Below, piece by piece: positions 31,509 through 40,772 of a stretch of 64,000 nt of DNA. The stretch's first letter is position 1, and every line of letters begins with the position of its first letter. Location: positions 147,916 to 211,915 of the forward strand of contig JBNKIW010000004.1 of the NCBI GenBank assembly GCA_050290865.1, given 5' to 3'. Both the position numbers and the translations under genes were made by a program. The notes beneath the pieces were generated by a model. The model was not told the origin of the DNA, made no database searches, and was given only the letters and a program-made list of their open reading frames with translations. Source of the stretch: Rhodomicrobiaceae bacterium (lineage in GTDB: Bacteria; Pseudomonadota; Alphaproteobacteria; Rhizobiales; Rhodomicrobiaceae).

Positions 31509-32351
31509 ATGAAGAAAGTCGTGTTTGCGGCCGCGCTTGCGGCTGGCTTGGGGGCAGCCGGTGTGGCTTCCGCCGCGGACCTTGGGGGCGGATATGGCGG
31601 CTCGCTGAAAGACGAACGGGCGTACGCTCCAGCTCCGATCTGGACCGGCTACTATATCGGCGGTCATCTCGGTGGGCTGTGGAACGACGGGCCGAGCGTG
31701 AATGGCAGGAAGCGCTGGTGCCACAAGGCTTACCAGGGGAAAGTCAGCGTTGCGTCGAAAGGTGCTGAAACGCCCGTCAGCAAGAAGAAATGCTATCGCT
31801 GGAAGGATTGGACCAAGCATGTCTCGTATGACTACAACGACGACGAGACGACCCTGGTCGGCGGTGTGCATGTCGGCCACAATTGGCAGTCTGGGGCCAG
31901 GGTGTTCGGTCTTGAAGGTGATGTCAGCTTCGCGGATGGCCTCGACTACCTCGCGAGCCTGCGCGCCCGTCTCGGTTACGCGAGAGGCAGCCTGCTGGTG
32001 TACCTGACCGGTGGTATCGCCTTTGCTGGTTTCGACGCTCAGGACGTCACCATCACCAAACAGCGGCGCCGCGGCACGAAGCAGTACACATTCCAGGACG
32101 AGGACGATAACCGCATCGGTTTCGTCGTCGGCGCCGGTGCTGAATACAAGCTCCGTCCGAATATGAGCATCGGTGTCGAAGGTCTCTACTACGATTTCGG
32201 CGACAGTACGAAGACTTGGGATAAACGGAGCCGCGGCTATTGCCACTGGAAAGAATATCAGGTCACCGAACGGGACGACAACGACCTCTTCGTCGTCCGC
32301 GGCCGTCTGACCTACCACTTCCAGGACGAACGCGCCACACCGCTGAAGTAA
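31509..32351 (+). CDS. Outer-membrane beta-barrel protein (Omp25/Omp31/RopB-like), paralogue 2
   Basis: Signal peptide MKKVVFAAALAAGLGAAGVASA. Mature N-terminus ADLGGGYGGSLKD is identical to paralogue 1. Carries Cys/Lys/Trp-rich inserted loops. Confidence 0.75.
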   Translation: MKKVVFAAALAAGLGAAGVASAADLGGGYGGSLKDERAYAPAPIWTGYYIGGHLGGLWNDGPSVNGRKRWCHKAYQGKVSVASKGAETPVSKKKCYRWKDWTKHVSYDYNDDETTLVGGVHVGHNWQSGARVFGLEGDVSFADGLDYLASLRARLGYARGSLLVYLTGGIAFAGFDAQDVTITKQRRRGTKQYTFQDEDDNRIGFVVGAGAEYKLRPNMSIGVEGLYYDFGDSTKTWDKRSRGYCHWKEYQVTERDDNDLFVVRGRLTYHFQDERATPLK

Positions 32352-32382
32352 AAGCGGCAAGCGCCACTACGTTGACAGATTG

Positions 32383-32407
32383 GGGACGGTTCCGCCGTCC
32401 CCTTTTT
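32383..32407 (+). terminator. Intrinsic terminator after OMP paralogue 2
   Basis: 8-bp stem GGGGACGG/CCGTCCCC with loop TCCG, followed by T5. Confidence 0.6.
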
Positions 32408-32436
32408 CGCGTCCAGCGCCATCTTTGACTTCGAAT

Positions 32437-33180
32437 ATGGAGTCAGGCTTGATGGCCACGCGCACTCAACTTGCGGAATGGAGCATGGCGATCGCATGGC
32501 GCCGCGGCTGGTCGTTATCTCGCGTCGTCCGGGCGTGGTCCGGAACACGGTCCGACGCGTTGCGCGAGGCGGCGGACTGGGCGATGGCCGCAACTGCGCA
32601 CCGTGCCGCGCTCGCGCGCGGCGACCGCATTCTGATTGCCGGCGGGGGCGGGGTCTTCCACGCTCAGGCGGTCGCAATAGCACGCGCGATGGCCGCAGCC
32701 CTGCCGCAGCATCACGACTATCCTCCGGGCGAACCGGCAGATGAAGAAGATCTCCCGCCCGCGCCACCGCTCGGCGTCGTGGCAGTTGACGCCAGCCAGG
32801 GCGCCAGGGCGCTGTCCAACATCCTGCGCCTGCCCCGTTCGCCCGGCCTCAGCGAATTGTGCCAATATCGCGCACGCTTCGAGGACGTTATCCACTGCGA
32901 CGGGCGCAGCCCCCTTCACCTCCTGCCCTCGGGCAGGCCGCGCGCCGTCGGCGGCCCCTGGGGTGATCCGGGCGTCGCGGACCGCATTTTCCGTGCCCTC
33001 GATGGCAGCTACCGCTACGTGCTGTTCTGCGCCGGGTTCGACGAGGGCCTGCTGCTTGCGGACGCGATGATACGCCCGTTCAGCGCGGCCATTGTCCTCG
33101 CTCATGGCGATCCGAACGAAGAGAGATGCGCCGGGCAGTTGGAACAATTCGGCCTTCCGGCGCATGTCGTGCGCGCGTAG
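32437..33180 (+). CDS. Hypothetical protein
   Basis: ORF with GC3 near 78% (coding-like for this genome), lying between the OMP pair and the TonB gene. No recognisable domain. The antisense 293-aa ORF looks like a shadow. Confidence 0.4.
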   Translation: MESGLMATRTQLAEWSMAIAWRRGWSLSRVVRAWSGTRSDALREAADWAMAATAHRAALARGDRILIAGGGGVFHAQAVAIARAMAAALPQHHDYPPGEPADEEDLPPAPPLGVVAVDASQGARALSNILRLPRSPGLSELCQYRARFEDVIHCDGRSPLHLLPSGRPRAVGGPWGDPGVADRIFRALDGSYRYVLFCAGFDEGLLLADAMIRPFSAAIVLAHGDPNEERCAGQLEQFGLPAHVVRA

Positions 33181-33446
33181 GCGGTTCCCCCGCCGTCTGT
33201 CCTCCCCTCTCGCAACGCTTTTCTCCGGACAAATGCGTATGGGCTTGCGAAGCGGAAGGATGCAGCCTAAGAAGAAGACAATCAGACCGTGTGGTGCGCG
33301 CGGACTCAATCTTAGGTTACATAAGCCCGGACACCGGCATGGCGTTTGGCAACGATGGCTTTCCGGCGATGTGGCGCCTTCACTCGGAAGCGGCACCGCC
33401 GCGCAGTGTTCGTGGCGGCGCCAAGTTGATTTACTGGAGTAGCCTT

Positions 33447-34361
33447 ATGGTTTCCATTTCAGTCCATAGTGGCGTCGTTCTCTATGCTTTAACGCACACG
33501 CTGCTCCCGACGCCTCAGCCCTCGATCGTGGCGATGCCACCGGTCAGCATCGAAGTCGTCAGCGTGCAGGCGCCGCGAACGCCGGAGCAGCATCCCGCTG
33601 AGCCGGTTGCAGCCACCACGAGCGCCCGCGCCGGCGGCTCGGCGCCGGAAAAAGAGGCAGCGCAGCCGCAGTCGGACACCGCGGACGACGAGGCCGCCCC
33701 GGCCGGGGCCACGCCCGTGGCGAGCCACGATGCCGTACTGCAGCTGGATGCCGGGGAGACAGTTCGGGCGAAGTCGTCCCTGACGCCGGGCCCGGTCATG
33801 CCGCGGGTCGAGACGCCGCCGGAGCCAGCTTTCGAGCACGAGCCGGAGCGCGACATGGGATCGCGTGTGATCCAGCCCGTTGGCGATGGCCGCGGTCCTT
33901 CACTCCCACGCACCGAAGAGAGGCAGCCCGCTCCGGCGCTTTCCTCATCCGACGAGTCCGGACCGGTGAGCGAGGAGAGGAAGCCGCTTCCAGCAGCAGG
34001 CGGAGCACAGAGCGCAGGCGCGACCACCGCGAGCGTCGCGCCGGTACGGGTGCGGCAATTCGAGCGTTCCGCCCGTCATTCGGCGAACCGGGCACACGCG
34101 CGCGCTTACCGCCGCAAGGTCGTGGCGCACCTGACCGCCAACAAGCCCAACGGTGGAATGGGGCGGGGCACGGTCCGGATCGCCTTTGCGCTTTCGCGTT
34201 CGGGCCGCCTGCTCGCGCTGCGGGTCTACCGGTCGAGCGGCAGGTCGGACCTCGATCGGGCGGCGCTCGCCTCGGTGCGCCGGGCATCGCCTTTTCCACG
34301 TCCGCCCTCATCACTCAAAGGCGCGCGCCATCGCTTCGTCGTTCCGTTCTACTTCCGGTGA
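33447..34361 (+). CDS. TonB-family energy transducer (N-terminal TM anchor, Pro/Ala/Glu-rich spacer, C-terminal TonB domain)
   Basis: TM anchor MVSISVHSGVVLYALTHTLL. Long proline-rich linker. C-terminal GTVRIAFALSRSGRLLALRVYRSSGRSDLDRAALASVRRASPFPRPP matches the TonB C-terminal domain consensus. Confidence 0.65.
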   Translation: MVSISVHSGVVLYALTHTLLPTPQPSIVAMPPVSIEVVSVQAPRTPEQHPAEPVAATTSARAGGSAPEKEAAQPQSDTADDEAAPAGATPVASHDAVLQLDAGETVRAKSSLTPGPVMPRVETPPEPAFEHEPERDMGSRVIQPVGDGRGPSLPRTEERQPAPALSSSDESGPVSEERKPLPAAGGAQSAGATTASVAPVRVRQFERSARHSANRAHARAYRRKVVAHLTANKPNGGMGRGTVRIAFALSRSGRLLALRVYRSSGRSDLDRAALASVRRASPFPRPPSSLKGARHRFVVPFYFR

Positions 34362-34403
34362 GACGCCGCATCCGTTGGCCCTCGCCATCGAAGCTTACGC
34401 CGC

Positions 34404-36515
34404 TCAACCCGCGCGCAACAGCCGGACAGCCTCGTCCCGCTCGAACAGATAGAGGCACAGCCGCGCAGCTTCGCCCTGTGGCGTGGTCAATTCCGAGTCG
34501 CGTGCCAGAAGATATTTCGTTTGATCGCGCGCCGCCGCCAGCAATTCCTCGTCCAGCGGCAGATTGGCGAGCCGGAAACCCGGGTCGCCCGATTGCCGCG
34601 TGCCCAGGATCTCACCGCCACCGCGCAACCGCAAATCTTCCTCCGCAATCTTGAAGCCGTCCTCGCTCTTGCGCAGAATGTCGAGCCGCGCGCGCGCCGT
34701 TTCCGACAAGGGCGCGCTGTAAAGAAGGATGCAGGACGACTGCTTCGAACCGCGCCCCACCCGACCCCGCAGCTGGTGCAACTGCGCCAGACCAAAACGC
34801 TCCGCATGCTCAATGACCATGATCGTGGCGTTCGGCACGTTGACGCCCACCTCGATGACCGTCGTCGCCACCAGCACGCCCAGCCGCCCCTCTGAGAATT
34901 CGCGCATGATCGCGTCCTTCTCCGCGCCCTTCGTGCGGCCGTGGATGAGGCCGACGCTGTCACCGAAATGCTGGCGCAGATGCGCGGCGCGTTCCTCGGC
35001 GGCGGCGAGATCGATCTTCGCCGAGCTCTCGACCAGCGGGCAGACCCAATACACCTGCTGGCCCTCGTGGCGCGCCCGCCCGATGGCGCTGATGACTTCG
35101 GCAAGGCGATCCAGCGGCACCGCGCGCGTCAGCACGGGCTTGCGGCCGGCGGGCTTCTCGGTGAGCTTCGAAACATCGAGATCGCCGTAATGCGTCATCA
35201 ACAATGTGCGCGGGATCGGCGTCGCGGTCATGACCAGAATGTCGGCGCCCCCCCCCTCCTGTCCTTTGGCCTGCAAAGCATAGCGCTGATGCACGCCGAA
35301 GCGGTGCTGTTCGTCGATGATGGCGAGGGCGAGGTCGGCATAGGCCACGTCGGGCTGGAACAGCGCATGCGTGCCGACAACGGCGTGCACTTCGCCCGCG
35401 GCAAGCGCTTCCAGCAGCCGCGCGCGCGCGCGGCCTTTCTCGCGTCCCGTGAGCAGGGCAGTGCGGATGCCGACGGCCTCGCAAAGGGGCGTGATGGTTG
35501 CCAGATGCTGGCGGGCAAGGATCTCGGTGGGGGCCATCAGCGCCGCCTGTGCGCCCGACTCCACCGCCCGCGCGATGGCCATGAGCGCCACCACTGTCTT
35601 GCCGCTGCCGACATCGCCATGCAGGAGACGCAGCATGCGGCGCGGCGCCGCCATGTCCTCCAGGATTTCCGCAAGCGCCGCGCTTTGTGACCGGGTAAGC
35701 GTGAAAGGCAGAGCAGCCGTGATCTTGGCGCTAAGCGCGCCGTCGCCGCTGATTGCGCGCCCGCCCGAGACGCGGAACCGGCGCCTCAGGAGAGCCAGCG
35801 CGAGTTGCCCGGCGAACAGTTCGTCGCAGGCAAGCCGCGCGCGGGCGGCGCTCGACGCCGTAACGTCGGCATCGCTTGACGGCGTGTGCAGCGCACGGAG
35901 AGCTTCCCCGAACGTAGGCCATCCGCGGCCTTCGACGAGACGCTTATCGAGCCATTCCTCCGTCTCCGGCAGCCGGTGCAGCACCTGGGCGAAGATTTTG
36001 TGCAGGAATTTCTGCGTCAAACCCTGGCTCAAAGGGTAGACCGGCTCAAGCCGGGGGAGCCGTCCCGCCTGCGCCTCCGGGACGATGTAGTCGGGATGCG
36101 GCATTTGCAGCCTGGCACCGTAACGCTCGACGCGGCCCGAAAGGATACGCACCTCGCCGACCGGCAGCATACGCTCGATATAGCTCCGCTCGGCGTGAAA
36201 GAAGATCAGCTCGATATCGCCGGAGTCGTCCTCGCAGATGACACGATAGGGTGTACGGGAATTACGCGGCGGTGGTTGATGCTTCTTCACCCGCGCGGTC
36301 AAAGTGACGAGCTGGCCCTGGCCGGCATCCGCGATGGCGGGCGAGGCGCGGCGATCGGTGATACCCGACGGGAGATGCCACAGAAGGTCGATGATACGCG
36401 GGCGGGCGTCCGCTGGCGTACCCACAAGCTTGCCCAGCAGCCCGACATAGCGCGGGCCGACACCCTCCAGCGTTCCAGCCTCGGCGAACAGGGGATTGAG
36501 AATCGATGGACGCAT
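34404..36515 (-). CDS. recG: ATP-dependent DNA helicase RecG
   Basis: Wedge domain, then SF2 helicase motifs (GDVGSGKT, DEQHRFG, SATPIPRT, RGRVGRG). About 700 aa. Confidence 0.9.
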   Translation of the reverse strand: MRPSILNPLFAEAGTLEGVGPRYVGLLGKLVGTPADARPRIIDLLWHLPSGITDRRASPAIADAGQGQLVTLTARVKKHQPPPRNSRTPYRVICEDDSGDIELIFFHAERSYIERMLPVGEVRILSGRVERYGARLQMPHPDYIVPEAQAGRLPRLEPVYPLSQGLTQKFLHKIFAQVLHRLPETEEWLDKRLVEGRGWPTFGEALRALHTPSSDADVTASSAARARLACDELFAGQLALALLRRRFRVSGGRAISGDGALSAKITAALPFTLTRSQSAALAEILEDMAAPRRMLRLLHGDVGSGKTVVALMAIARAVESGAQAALMAPTEILARQHLATITPLCEAVGIRTALLTGREKGRARARLLEALAAGEVHAVVGTHALFQPDVAYADLALAIIDEQHRFGVHQRYALQAKGQEGGGADILVMTATPIPRTLLMTHYGDLDVSKLTEKPAGRKPVLTRAVPLDRLAEVISAIGRARHEGQQVYWVCPLVESSAKIDLAAAEERAAHLRQHFGDSVGLIHGRTKGAEKDAIMREFSEGRLGVLVATTVIEVGVNVPNATIMVIEHAERFGLAQLHQLRGRVGRGSKQSSCILLYSAPLSETARARLDILRKSEDGFKIAEEDLRLRGGGEILGTRQSGDPGFRLANLPLDEELLAAARDQTKYLLARDSELTTPQGEAARLCLYLFERDEAVRLLRAG

Positions 36516-36735
36516 CGTGGAACGTGTTCCGCTCACTCCAGGTATGGCGAACCGCCGGTCGCCAGCTTTTTGTATCGCAGATTCTCATCCGCGGCGTGGA
36601 AAATAGGAGCGGCAGCGGGCGCGCGGGTTGCGGCGATCACGATGATTTTATATCGGTTGCTATATTTTTTTGTATCTTACGATATAAAATTTGTAGCATC
36701 GTCATTCCTTAGAACCGCGTGGGAGAGGATCGGCC

Positions 36736-37353
36736 GTGGCCCGACCGCGATCATTCGATGAAAACAAGGTGCTGGACGCCGCGATGACGGAATTCTGGCG
36801 CCGCGGCTATGCGGCAGCCTCCACCCGCGATCTCGCCGAATGCATGGGGATGTGCGCACCGAGCCTTTACAACGCGTTCGGAGACAAGCGCGCGTTGTTT
36901 TTTCATGCGCTTCAACATTATGCCGCGAACGCCATGCGCACGCGGCTGAGGCGGATCGAAACCGGCAGCGCTGGCCTGGCATTGATTCGCGCGTATTTCG
37001 GCGAGCTTCTTACCAATATTCAGGACGATCCGGAACGGCGCGGCTGCTTCATCATCAACACGGCGCTGGAAGTGGCGCCACATGACGAAGAGATCAGCGC
37101 TGCGGTCGAGTCTTGTCTCGGGGAAGTGCGCAGCTTTTTCGAGCGCGGCATACGCTCGGCCCAGCAACTGGGAGAAACGCCCGCTGCGCTCAACGCTTCC
37201 GAGGTCGCGGACACGCTTCTCGGCGTCATGCTCGGCATCAGCGTGCTCGGGCGGACGTCGCAGGACCACGCGAGATTCGAAGCCATGCTGCGCCCGGTCT
37301 TCACACTCCTGCAATCACACACCCCTGCCGCCACGAAGAAAGGCACGCCATGA
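36736..37353 (+). CDS. TetR/AcrR-family transcriptional regulator
   Basis: N-terminal TetR HTH (AAMTEFWRRGYAAASTRDLAECMGMCAPSLYNAFGDKRALF). GTG start with SD GGGAGAGGA. The stop overlaps the GST start (ATGA). Confidence 0.8.
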   Translation: MARPRSFDENKVLDAAMTEFWRRGYAAASTRDLAECMGMCAPSLYNAFGDKRALFFHALQHYAANAMRTRLRRIETGSAGLALIRAYFGELLTNIQDDPERRGCFIINTALEVAPHDEEISAAVESCLGEVRSFFERGIRSAQQLGETPAALNASEVADTLLGVMLGISVLGRTSQDHARFEAMLRPVFTLLQSHTPAATKKGTP

Positions 37354-38045
37354 TCGACTTCTATTACTGGACGACACCCAACGGCCACAAGGTCACGCTG
37401 TTCCTGGAGGAAAGCGATCTGCCCTACCGCATCCAGCCCGTCAATATCGGCGCGGGCGATCAGTTCAAGCCCGATTTCCTGGCCATCTCGCCGAACAACC
37501 GTATCCCGGCGATCGTGGATCATGAGCCTGCGGACGGCGGAGCACCGGTTTCCGTGTTCGAGTCCGGAGCTATCCTACTGTATCTCGCGGAAAAGACGGG
37601 GAAATTCATCCCCGCTGATCTGCGAGGCCGCGTGGACGTGCTGCAATGGCTGTTCTGGCAGATGGGCGGACTGGGGCCGATGGCTGGGCAGAACCACCAT
37701 TTCAGCCAATACGCCCCGGAGAAAATACCCTACGCCATCGAGCGTTACGTCAAGGAGACCAACCGGCTCTATGGCGTGATGGACAAGCGCCTCGCGGACC
37801 GGGAGTTCCTCGCCGGAGAGTACTCCATCGCAGACATGGCGGCCTATCCCTGGATCGTACCGCACGAGCGCCAGGGTCAGAAACTGGACGATTTTCCGCA
37901 TTTGAAGCGCTGGTTTCAAGCGATCGCCGAGCGTCCGGCTACGGTACGCGCCTATGCCCGCGCGCAGGAGGTCAACCCGCAGGCGACAATGACCGACGAG
38001 GCGAAGAAAGTCCTCTTCGGTCAGACGGCCGCCACCAGGAAGTGA
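37350..38045 (+). CDS. Glutathione S-transferase (Nu-class/YfcG-like)
   Basis: MIDFYYWTTPNGHKVTLFLEE... thioredoxin-like N-domain followed by a helical GST C-domain. 231 aa. Confidence 0.8.
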   Translation: MIDFYYWTTPNGHKVTLFLEESDLPYRIQPVNIGAGDQFKPDFLAISPNNRIPAIVDHEPADGGAPVSVFESGAILLYLAEKTGKFIPADLRGRVDVLQWLFWQMGGLGPMAGQNHHFSQYAPEKIPYAIERYVKETNRLYGVMDKRLADREFLAGEYSIADMAAYPWIVPHERQGQKLDDFPHLKRWFQAIAERPATVRAYARAQEVNPQATMTDEAKKVLFGQTAATRK

Positions 38046-38324
38046 TCGCCGCAGAAGGCCGCGCCGCTGCTCAGGCCGGGGCGCGCCTCCAACTCTTTCT
38101 CACGGAAGTTGGTTGCCGGGCGGGATCGTGCATTTTGCCCAGGTCGGAGCGGGATTGCGGCGTTGCTGCACGGCTTGCACGAACACCTCGGATGTGTCGC
38201 ACACCGCGCAGGCTGGATTTCCGCCGCCGCCGCGCCTATAACACCCCATTCTCGAAAACATCACGCGAAGGGCGGCGGGGCTCGCCTCCCCCTTCTCCTC
38301 ACCACTCCACGCGACGGACGACTC

Positions 38325-39071
38325 ATGGCAGGGCATTCAAAATTCAAGAACATCATGCACCGGAAGGGCGCCCAGGATAAAAGGCGCTCGAAAATGTTTT
38401 CCAAGCTTTCCAAAGAAATCACCGTCGCCGCCAAGACCGGCATGCCCGATCCCAACATGAACCCGCGCCTGCGCGCAGCCATCCTGGCCGCCCGCGCGCA
38501 GAACATGCCGAAGGACAACATCGAGCGAGCCATCAAGAAGAGCCAGGAGGCCGGCGGTGAGGAATACCAGGAAATCCGCTATGAGGGCTTCGCCCCCGGC
38601 GGAGTCGGTGTCATCGTCGAGGCGCTGACGGACAACCGCAACCGCACCGCCAGCGAGGTGCGCTCCACCTTCACCAAATATGGCGGCAATCTCGGCGAGA
38701 CGGGCGCGGTATCGTTCATGTTCGACCGTGCCGGCGAGATCGAGTACCCGGTCAGTGCCGCCAGCGACGACGAGATGCTGGAGGCGGCCCTGGAGGCGGG
38801 CGCGGATGACTGCCAGTCCGATGAGGATGGCCATCGGCTCTATTGCGCCATGGACGCCCTGCACGAGGTGAGCCGCGCCCTTGAGGCTAAATTCGGCGAA
38901 CCCGCGGCTGCGCGTATCATGTGGCGTCCGAAGAATACCGTGGATGTCGATGATGAAAAGGCGGAAAAGCTCCTGAAGATGCTGGACGTGCTGGAGGACT
39001 CAGACGATGTCCAGAATGTTTACGCCAATTTCGAGATTTCGGAGAGCACTATGGCGCGCCTCAGCGGCTGA
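38325..39071 (+). CDS. yebC: YebC/PmpR-family DNA-binding transcriptional regulator
   Basis: [37 protein letters not shown]... full-length YebC signature. 248 aa. Confidence 0.85.
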   Translation: MAGHSKFKNIMHRKGAQDKRRSKMFSKLSKEITVAAKTGMPDPNMNPRLRAAILAARAQNMPKDNIERAIKKSQEAGGEEYQEIRYEGFAPGGVGVIVEALTDNRNRTASEVRSTFTKYGGNLGETGAVSFMFDRAGEIEYPVSAASDDEMLEAALEAGADDCQSDEDGHRLYCAMDALHEVSRALEAKFGEPAAARIMWRPKNTVDVDDEKAEKLLKMLDVLEDSDDVQNVYANFEISESTMARLSG

Positions 39072-39110
39072 GCTGGCGGCGGCGTCTCAATCACAACGGA
39101 GACAGAAGCC

Positions 39111-39809
39111 ATGAAACATTGTGCTGCGCTTATTGTGGGGCTGGCCCTTTTTGCCGTGCCCGCCCATGCTCAGACGGAGGCACCGAAGCCGGACGTCGCC
39201 GCCAAGGCGGATACAGCCGCGACGCCATCGAAGGGCGGAGCCACCGCGGCATCCGAAACGGCCAAACCGCGGGCTGCCGCGACCGCGTCCGAGGGCGTCA
39301 AGCCGCAGGCACCGGCATCCGGAAAAGAGAAATCCGCCGCGGCGGCGGGAGAAGGCGTGAAGCCCAATACCCCGGCTGCCGCAGCGTCGAAGGCGGCCAG
39401 CGCAACCGCGTCCGCTCCCAAGAAGGACACCGCCGCCGCCTCGGCACCCGCGACCGGTCAGAGCCGCACTGCAAAGGCTGCCGATGGCGCCAACGGCAAG
39501 ACTGTGAAGAAGGGCGTAGAAAAAGCAGCCACGCCGAAGAAAGAGACCACCGCTTCCACCCGCGGGGCGGGCGAGAAGACGACCGGTGCATCCTCGGCGA
39601 ATGACAAGAAGGCCGTCAAGAAGGTGCCCGCCGCGACGAAGAAGGCCACCGCCTCCACCGGACGTGTCTCCGCTCCGGGAACAAAAGCCCGTAAGAAGAA
39701 GGTTACGAGGAAGGTGAGGAAGAAGAGACGCGGAGTGTCCGGCGCAGCGATTACCAGAGAAGGCGGGAAGACCTGCTCCGGCCGGGACGAATACCGCGTC
39801 TGCTGGTGA
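39111..39809 (+). CDS. Secreted Ala/Lys/Thr-rich low-complexity protein with C-terminal Cys pair
   Basis: Signal peptide MKHCAALIVGLALFAVPAHA. About 190 aa of A/K/T/P-rich repeats (histone H1/AlgP-like KKAVKKVPAATKKATAS). Ends CSGRDEYRVCW. SD GGAGA. Confidence 0.55.
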   Translation: MKHCAALIVGLALFAVPAHAQTEAPKPDVAAKADTAATPSKGGATAASETAKPRAAATASEGVKPQAPASGKEKSAAAAGEGVKPNTPAAAASKAASATASAPKKDTAAASAPATGQSRTAKAADGANGKTVKKGVEKAATPKKETTASTRGAGEKTTGASSANDKKAVKKVPAATKKATASTGRVSAPGTKARKKKVTRKVRKKRRGVSGAAITREGGKTCSGRDEYRVCW

Positions 39810-39872
39810 AGGGGCTACGAAATCGCGCCGGCAGGGGTGATCGGTGATCGCCGCGCCGTGCGAGTATCGCTG

Positions 39873-40328
39873 TCACCTGCGGGTGCGAAAGAAATCGCGC
39901 AGCAGCGCCGCCGCGTCGCTCGCGCCGATGCCACTGTAGACTTCGGGCGCGTGATGGCAGGTGGGCTGTCCGAAAAAGCGGATGCCATGTTCGACCGCAC
40001 CGCCCTTTTCGTCCGCCGCGCCAAAATACAGGCGGGCGATGCGCGCAAAGGAAATCGCCGCCGCACACATTGCGCAGGGCTCCAGCGTCACATACAGGCT
40101 GCATCCCATCAACCGTTCGGTGCCGAGCTTCGCTGCGCCAGCGCGGATGACGAGCATTTCGGCGTGGGCTGTCGGGTCGCGCAGTTCCAGCGTCCGATTG
40201 CCGTCGCGGGCGACGATTTCGTTGCCAGGACCGCTCAGCACCGCGCCGACAGGCACCTCGCCGCGGCCAGCGGCGGCCCGGGCTTCTTCGAGCGCGAGAG
40301 CCATGACCGATGTGTTCAACTTCAACAT
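39873..40328 (-). CDS. tadA: tRNA-specific adenosine deaminase TadA
   Basis: CDA-fold zinc motifs HAEMLVI and PCAMCAAA. 151 aa. Confidence 0.85.
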   Translation of the reverse strand: MLKLNTSVMALALEEARAAAGRGEVPVGAVLSGPGNEIVARDGNRTLELRDPTAHAEMLVIRAGAAKLGTERLMGCSLYVTLEPCAMCAAAISFARIARLYFGAADEKGGAVEHGIRFFGQPTCHHAPEVYSGIGASDAAALLRDFFRTRR

Positions 40329-40455
40329 GCCCGGCTCATGAACGCGTGAGTTCCTGCGGCGCGGCTTCTTCTCCCGGCCTCACGATCCGCAACCGCGGCC
40401 CTTTGACGAGCCATTGTCTCGCAACGACACAGCCTCGCCTTCCGCGACACACGCA

Positions 40456-40770
40456 TTATGGCGACCGCAGATCGCCCGCCACGCCGCTGCGGGGGGTAAG
40501 ATCGCCATAGAGCTTCCGTGCCTCGGCAGCCGTACCGCGGCGCGCGGCGAATCCGGCCACACGGAGCACGCGGACGCGTCCTCCCACGGCCACGGTGATG
40601 ACGTCGCCCAGCTTCACCATGTGGCTGGCCTTCAGCACCCTACCGCGATTGACGCGCACCTTACCCGCCTGAACCAGCGCGGTGGCAATCGATCGCGTCT
40701 TAGCCACGCGCACATGCCAGAGCCACTTGTCGACACGCTGCGTTTGCGTACCGGCTCCCGGCGTCGCCAT
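40456..40770 (-). CDS. S4-domain RNA-binding protein (Hsp15-like)
   Basis: RVDKWLWHVRVAKTRSIATALVQAGKVRVNRGRVLKASHMVKLGDVITV matches the S4/Hsp15 alpha-L RNA-binding motif. Confidence 0.65.
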   Translation of the reverse strand: MATPGAGTQTQRVDKWLWHVRVAKTRSIATALVQAGKVRVNRGRVLKASHMVKLGDVITVAVGGRVRVLRVAGFAARRGTAAEARKLYGDLTPRSGVAGDLRSP

Positions 40771-40772
40771 CG

